Of a stretch of 10,068 nt of DNA, positions 6,566-10,068 are shown piece after piece (position 1 is the stretch's first letter; the number at the start of each line of letters is the position of its first letter). Made by a program: the position numbers and the translations under genes. The notes beneath the pieces were generated by a model, which had not been told where the DNA came from, ran no database searches, and saw only the letters and a list, made by a program, of their open reading frames with translations. This DNA is from Candidatus Hadarchaeota archaeon. GTDB taxonomy: Archaea > CAYQAE01 > CAYVLA01. The stretch covers positions 1 to 10,068 of the forward strand of contig CAZUNO010000053.1 of the NCBI GenBank assembly GCA_964621445.1, read 5' to 3'.

Positions 6566-7390
6566 ATGAGCGAGATCAGTTTCTGGTACCACCTTCCGGT
6601 TAAGGAAAGCGTCCGGCACACCTTCGATTGCGCCATGAAAGCGGAGGAAGTTGGGTTCGATACCGCATCCCAGATGGACCACTTCCTTTATGAATCCAAG
6701 CAGAGGGGATGTAAACCCGAGTGTTGGACCATGCTTTCCTCTGTAGCCTCCAGAACCGGGCTCACGGTCAGCCCACTGGTGATGTGCAGCCTGTTTCGAA
6801 ATCCGGCACTGTTGGCCAAGATGGTGACCACCCTCGACCAGCTTACCCGGGGGAGGGTCCATCTGGGCATCGGCGCCGGCTGGTGGGAAAGGGAGTTCAA
6901 GGCCTATGGTTACCCCTGGCTTTCGGCCAGCAAGCGGGTAGATCGGACGGTAGAGGCCACCCAGATCATAAAGAAGCTCTGGACCGAGGAAAGGGTGAAC
7001 TTTGACGGCCGTTTCTGGAAGATTGAGGACTGCGAACTGGTGCCCAAACCGTACTCCAAACCACACCCTATAATCTGGAACGGCGGCTCCGGGCCCAGGA
7101 TGCTGAGGATGGCTGGTCAACTCTGCGACGGATGGGTAACCGGGAATGATGACCCGGAGCAGGTAGCCGAGAAAATGGATTATGTGCGGGAACACTCGGC
7201 ACATGGGAAGATGCTTTTCGGTCACTACCTGACCGTGGGGAGGGAAAACCTTGGCATCGAACAGGCAAGAGAGAGAATCGAGAGGTTCTCGGACATCGGG
7301 GTAACCCACTTCATGATCCTTCTTAACCCTGACTCCGATAATTTTTCAATGCTTGATGACTGCCCCGACCTGATATCTTCCTTTAAGTGA
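6566..7390 (+). CDS. LLM-class (luciferase-like) flavin-dependent oxidoreductase, probably F420-dependent
   Basis: 274 aa with AEEVGFD...DHF, ECWTMLS, FRNPALLAKMVTTLDQLTRGRVHLGIGAGW, PKPYSKPHPIIWNGGSG and DGW motifs. Confidence 0.92.
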   Translation: MSEISFWYHLPVKESVRHTFDCAMKAEEVGFDTASQMDHFLYESKQRGCKPECWTMLSSVASRTGLTVSPLVMCSLFRNPALLAKMVTTLDQLTRGRVHLGIGAGWWEREFKAYGYPWLSASKRVDRTVEATQIIKKLWTEERVNFDGRFWKIEDCELVPKPYSKPHPIIWNGGSGPRMLRMAGQLCDGWVTGNDDPEQVAEKMDYVREHSAHGKMLFGHYLTVGRENLGIEQARERIERFSDIGVTHFMILLNPDSDNFSMLDDCPDLISSFK

Positions 7391-7475
7391 GAAATACCGG
7401 GGCCGGACTCCCGTTACTGATGAATTATCCGATAGCAGTTAAAAACCTCACCAGGACAGTACTTTACTGCCGGGA

Positions 7476-8264
7476 GTGTTTAGCACGAGGATAGGTGTGC
7501 TTGGCTGCGGTAACGTGGGCACCGTAATAGCCAAAGCGGTGCGAGATGGAAAGCTCGAATCGGAGATAGGAGCCCTTTACGACCAGGAAGAGGAGAGAGC
7601 ATTGACCCTGGCCAAGCTTCTAGACGGGAAAAACCTGGCCAAAAAAAGCTTCGACCGCTTCCTGGACGCGGATATGGAACTTGTCGTGGAGTCCGCCTCG
7701 CCCGAGGCAGTGCGGGCTCATGGGAAGGTAATAGTTGACAGCGGGCGGGACATGATCGTGCTCAGCGTTGGAGCCCTAATGGATAAGGAGCTCCGGGAGG
7801 AAATTCTCGACCGGGCAAAAGTCGCCGGGGCCAGGATATACGCACCTTCAGGGGCCATAGGCGGGCTCGATGCCCTGAGAAGTGCCTCGGTGGTGGGATT
7901 CGAACGAGTCGTGCTCACCACCACCAAGAACCCCAGAAGTATACAAGGAAACACCGATATCCATGACCGTACGGTCATATATGAGGGACATGCCTCTGAT
8001 GCGGTCCGTAGATTCCCCAAAAACATCAACGTGGCGGCGGCCGTGGCCCTGGCCAGCGGCACGGACCCCGAGGTGAGACTGGTGGCTGACCCGGAGGTTG
8101 ATACCAACATCCACCACGTCCAGGCCACCGGGGGCTTTGGCAGCCTCGATTTCACGGTATCCAATCTTCCATCCCCGGATAACCCCAAGACCAGTTACCT
8201 GGCCGCGCTTTCGGTGATCAGGACCATAGAGGCCAGGGGAGAGATCCTTTCACTCGGAACCTAG
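7476..8264 (+). CDS. nadX: L-aspartate dehydrogenase
   Basis: Rossmann IGVLGCGNVG; VVESAS, LSVGAL, PSGAIGGLD, FPKNINVAAA, NIHHV, NPKTSYLAALS motifs; directly upstream of nadA and nadC. Confidence 0.95.
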   Translation: MFSTRIGVLGCGNVGTVIAKAVRDGKLESEIGALYDQEEERALTLAKLLDGKNLAKKSFDRFLDADMELVVESASPEAVRAHGKVIVDSGRDMIVLSVGALMDKELREEILDRAKVAGARIYAPSGAIGGLDALRSASVVGFERVVLTTTKNPRSIQGNTDIHDRTVIYEGHASDAVRRFPKNINVAAAVALASGTDPEVRLVADPEVDTNIHHVQATGGFGSLDFTVSNLPSPDNPKTSYLAALSVIRTIEARGEILSLGT

Positions 8265-8287
8265 GAGGGCTGTTTATTACCATTAAC

Positions 8288-8293
8288 AAGGAG
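8288..8293 (+). promoter_or_regulatory. Shine-Dalgarno-like AAGGAG for nadA
   Basis: AAGGAG ends 3 nt before ATG 8297; spacing is short. Confidence 0.45.
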
Positions 8294-8296
8294 ACC

Positions 8297-9202
8297 ATGG
8301 ACCATATACTGGATCTCAAATCCAGAAAGGAAGCCCTGATACTGTGCCATAACTACCAATCGCTGGAGGTCCAGGAGGTCTCTGACCATATCGGGGATTC
8401 CCTGCAGCTGTGTATGGCGGCATCAAGATCCCAGGGATATGAGCGCATCGTATTTTGCGGGGTGGACTTCATGGCGGAGAGCGCATCGGTTCTCAACCCC
8501 CACAAGAAGGTACTCATCCCCGACCGCTCCGCGGTCTGCGAGATGGCCTCCATGCTCACCGGCGATCAGGTCCGGGAGGCAAAGGAAGCGCATCCCGATG
8601 CAGGGGTGGTTCTATACGTGAACTCCCTGGCAGAGGCCAAGGCGGAGGCGGATGTCATGTGTACATCGGCCAATGCCCCGGAGATAGTTTCCAGGTTGGA
8701 GCAGGAGGAGATACTGTTCGGCCCTGACCATAATCTGGCCTCCCACGTGGCCGACCGGGTTCCGGAAAAGACCATAATCCCCCTTCCCGAGGACGGCTGC
8801 TGTTACGTTCACAAGATGATCGGCGTGGAGCACGTAAAACGGGCAAGGGAAAGACATCCCGGGGCCGAGATACTGGTCCACCCGGAATGCGACCCCGAGG
8901 TGGCGAGGATGGCCGACCATGTGGTGAGCACCGGGGGCATGACCAGAAGGTCACGTGAATCGGAAGCCGACGAATTCATAATAGGCACGGAGGCCACCAT
9001 GGCCAAGACCCTTTACCATCAATTCCCGGAAAAGAAATTCTACCCCCTACTGGAAACTGCCCTTTGCAGGGGAATGCAGGCCATAGACCTCGACAAGGTG
9101 GAGAGAAGTCTGATGCAGGACCTCCATGAGGTCAAGGTCAAACCCGATATCGCGGAGAAGGTCCGGGAAGTAACCGAACGGATGCTTCAGATGACGGAGT
9201 GA
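8297..9202 (+). CDS. nadA: Quinolinate synthase ([4Fe-4S] enzyme)
   Basis: HNYQ, GDSLQL, FCGVDFMAE, YVNS, CTSANA, PDHNL, HPEC, STGGM and GTE motifs; cluster cysteines C81 (AVCEMA), C169 (CYVH) and C257 (LCRGM). Confidence 0.97.
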   Translation: MDHILDLKSRKEALILCHNYQSLEVQEVSDHIGDSLQLCMAASRSQGYERIVFCGVDFMAESASVLNPHKKVLIPDRSAVCEMASMLTGDQVREAKEAHPDAGVVLYVNSLAEAKAEADVMCTSANAPEIVSRLEQEEILFGPDHNLASHVADRVPEKTIIPLPEDGCCYVHKMIGVEHVKRARERHPGAEILVHPECDPEVARMADHVVSTGGMTRRSRESEADEFIIGTEATMAKTLYHQFPEKKFYPLLETALCRGMQAIDLDKVERSLMQDLHEVKVKPDIAEKVREVTERMLQMTE

Positions 9203-10053
9203 TTCCTTTGGAGAAACCGATAATTATCGACCAGCTGAAGGCATTTCTCAGGGAGGACCTCCCATTCGGCGACCTGACCACCGATATAGTGATTGACCCG
9301 GAGATCAAGGAGGCCGAGGTGGTGTGCAGGAGTGATGGAGTGATCGCCGGCATCGAGGAGGCCAGGACCATGATGAAGACCTGTGAAATAGAGGTTCTAG
9401 AGGCCGCTGAGGACGGTTCCCGGGTCAGCGAAGGCGACATCGCCCTCCATATACGGGGTCTCAACACATCACTGCTCATGGTGGAGAGGACGGTGCTAAA
9501 TCTGATATCCCGGATGAGCGGAATTGCCACCACCACTGCCACGGCGGTGGAGGCGGCGAGAAAGGTTGATCCCGGGATCAGGGTGGCCGCCACAAGAAAG
9601 ACCGCCCCCGGACTCAGACTCCTTGACAAGAAGGCGGTCAGGCTGGGAGGGGGAGACACCCACAGGATGACCCTGTCGGACTCGGTGCTGATCAAGGACA
9701 ACCATATCTCCGCCGTGGGGAACCTGAAGACATGTATAGATAGGGCCAGGTCGGCTTCAAGCTTCGTGAGAAAGATAGAGGTGGAGGTAGAGGAGCCCGA
9801 GGAGGCCCTGGAAGCTGCGAGAGCCGGTGTAGACATAGTAATGTTTGATAATTTTACCCTACCGGAGATCAGAAAGGCGGTTTCCCTGCTAGAGGGGGAG
9901 GGAATGAGGCAGAAAGTGGTCATCGAGGCATCAGGTGGAATCATCCTCGAGAATATCGGGGAGGTAGCGGGTTCAGGCGTGGACGTCATATCCATGGGCA
10001 TGCTGACCCATTCGCCCCGGTCGCTCGACATGGAACTGAGATTCCTGGCCTAG
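9199..10053 (+). CDS. nadC: Nicotinate-nucleotide diphosphorylase (carboxylating), quinolinate phosphoribosyltransferase
   Basis: EDLPFGDLTT, ERTVLN, SGIAT, TRKTAPGLR, HRMTLSDSVLIKDNH, EVEV, MFDN, EASGGI and THS motifs; GTGA start/stop overlap with nadA; tandem TAG TAG stop. Confidence 0.97.
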   Translation: MIPLEKPIIIDQLKAFLREDLPFGDLTTDIVIDPEIKEAEVVCRSDGVIAGIEEARTMMKTCEIEVLEAAEDGSRVSEGDIALHIRGLNTSLLMVERTVLNLISRMSGIATTTATAVEAARKVDPGIRVAATRKTAPGLRLLDKKAVRLGGGDTHRMTLSDSVLIKDNHISAVGNLKTCIDRARSASSFVRKIEVEVEEPEEALEAARAGVDIVMFDNFTLPEIRKAVSLLEGEGMRQKVVIEASGGIILENIGEVAGSGVDVISMGMLTHSPRSLDMELRFLA

Positions 10054-10068
10054 TAGGTGTTCTAGATA

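Noticed and set aside
6554-7309. 251-aa minus-strand ORF antisense to the LLM gene
   Set aside because: Pro/His/Gly-rich, no recognisable domain, overlaps a well-supported gene.
6317-7390. Classical VapBC or MazEF toxin-antitoxin pair
   Set aside because: The gene after AbrB is an LLM oxidoreductase; no PIN or MazF ORF is present nearby.
7391-7475. NAD+ riboswitch upstream of the nad operon
   Set aside because: Only 85 nt including a probable promoter, and no resemblance to the known NAD+ riboswitch motifs that I can see.
7718-8188. 156-aa minus-strand ORF inside nadX, and the other short ORFs nested in nadX and nadA
   Set aside because: Shadow or alternative-frame ORFs in GC-rich coding sequence with no independent support.
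9138-10031. 297-aa minus-strand ORF antisense to nadC
   Set aside because: Lies almost wholly opposite a conserved gene, is Ser/Ala/Thr-rich and has no motifs; typical antisense shadow ORF.
1-10068. CRISPR array, tRNA/rRNA, IS element or integrase
   Set aside because: Intergenic gaps are at most about 220 nt with no regularly spaced repeats or cloverleaf; no transposase or recombinase motifs in any ORF.

Overview
Gene-dense window that looks archaeal (inference: Bathyarchaeia-like, from the MVGHDLRNPL-type soluble histidine kinase, the F420-type LLM enzyme, nadX instead of nadB, TATA-like promoter elements and frequent TAG stops). In order: the 5' end of a minus-strand DUF4838-like gene missed by the ORF track (206..<1); a divergent Gfo/Idh/MocA oxidoreductase; a PAS-PAS-GAF histidine kinase split by a one-base frameshift at a G4A6 run; an MFS transporter; a winged-HTH protein with an unrecognised C-terminal region overlapping an AbrB/SpoVT-family gene and preceded by a perfect 18-bp palindrome; an LLM-class oxidoreductase; and a de novo NAD operon nadX-nadA-nadC. 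The best candidates for something undescribed are the palindrome + wHTH + AbrB cassette and the frameshifted kinase, whose first PAS domain resembles a FixL-type heme PAS. No RNA genes, CRISPR arrays or transposases were seen.
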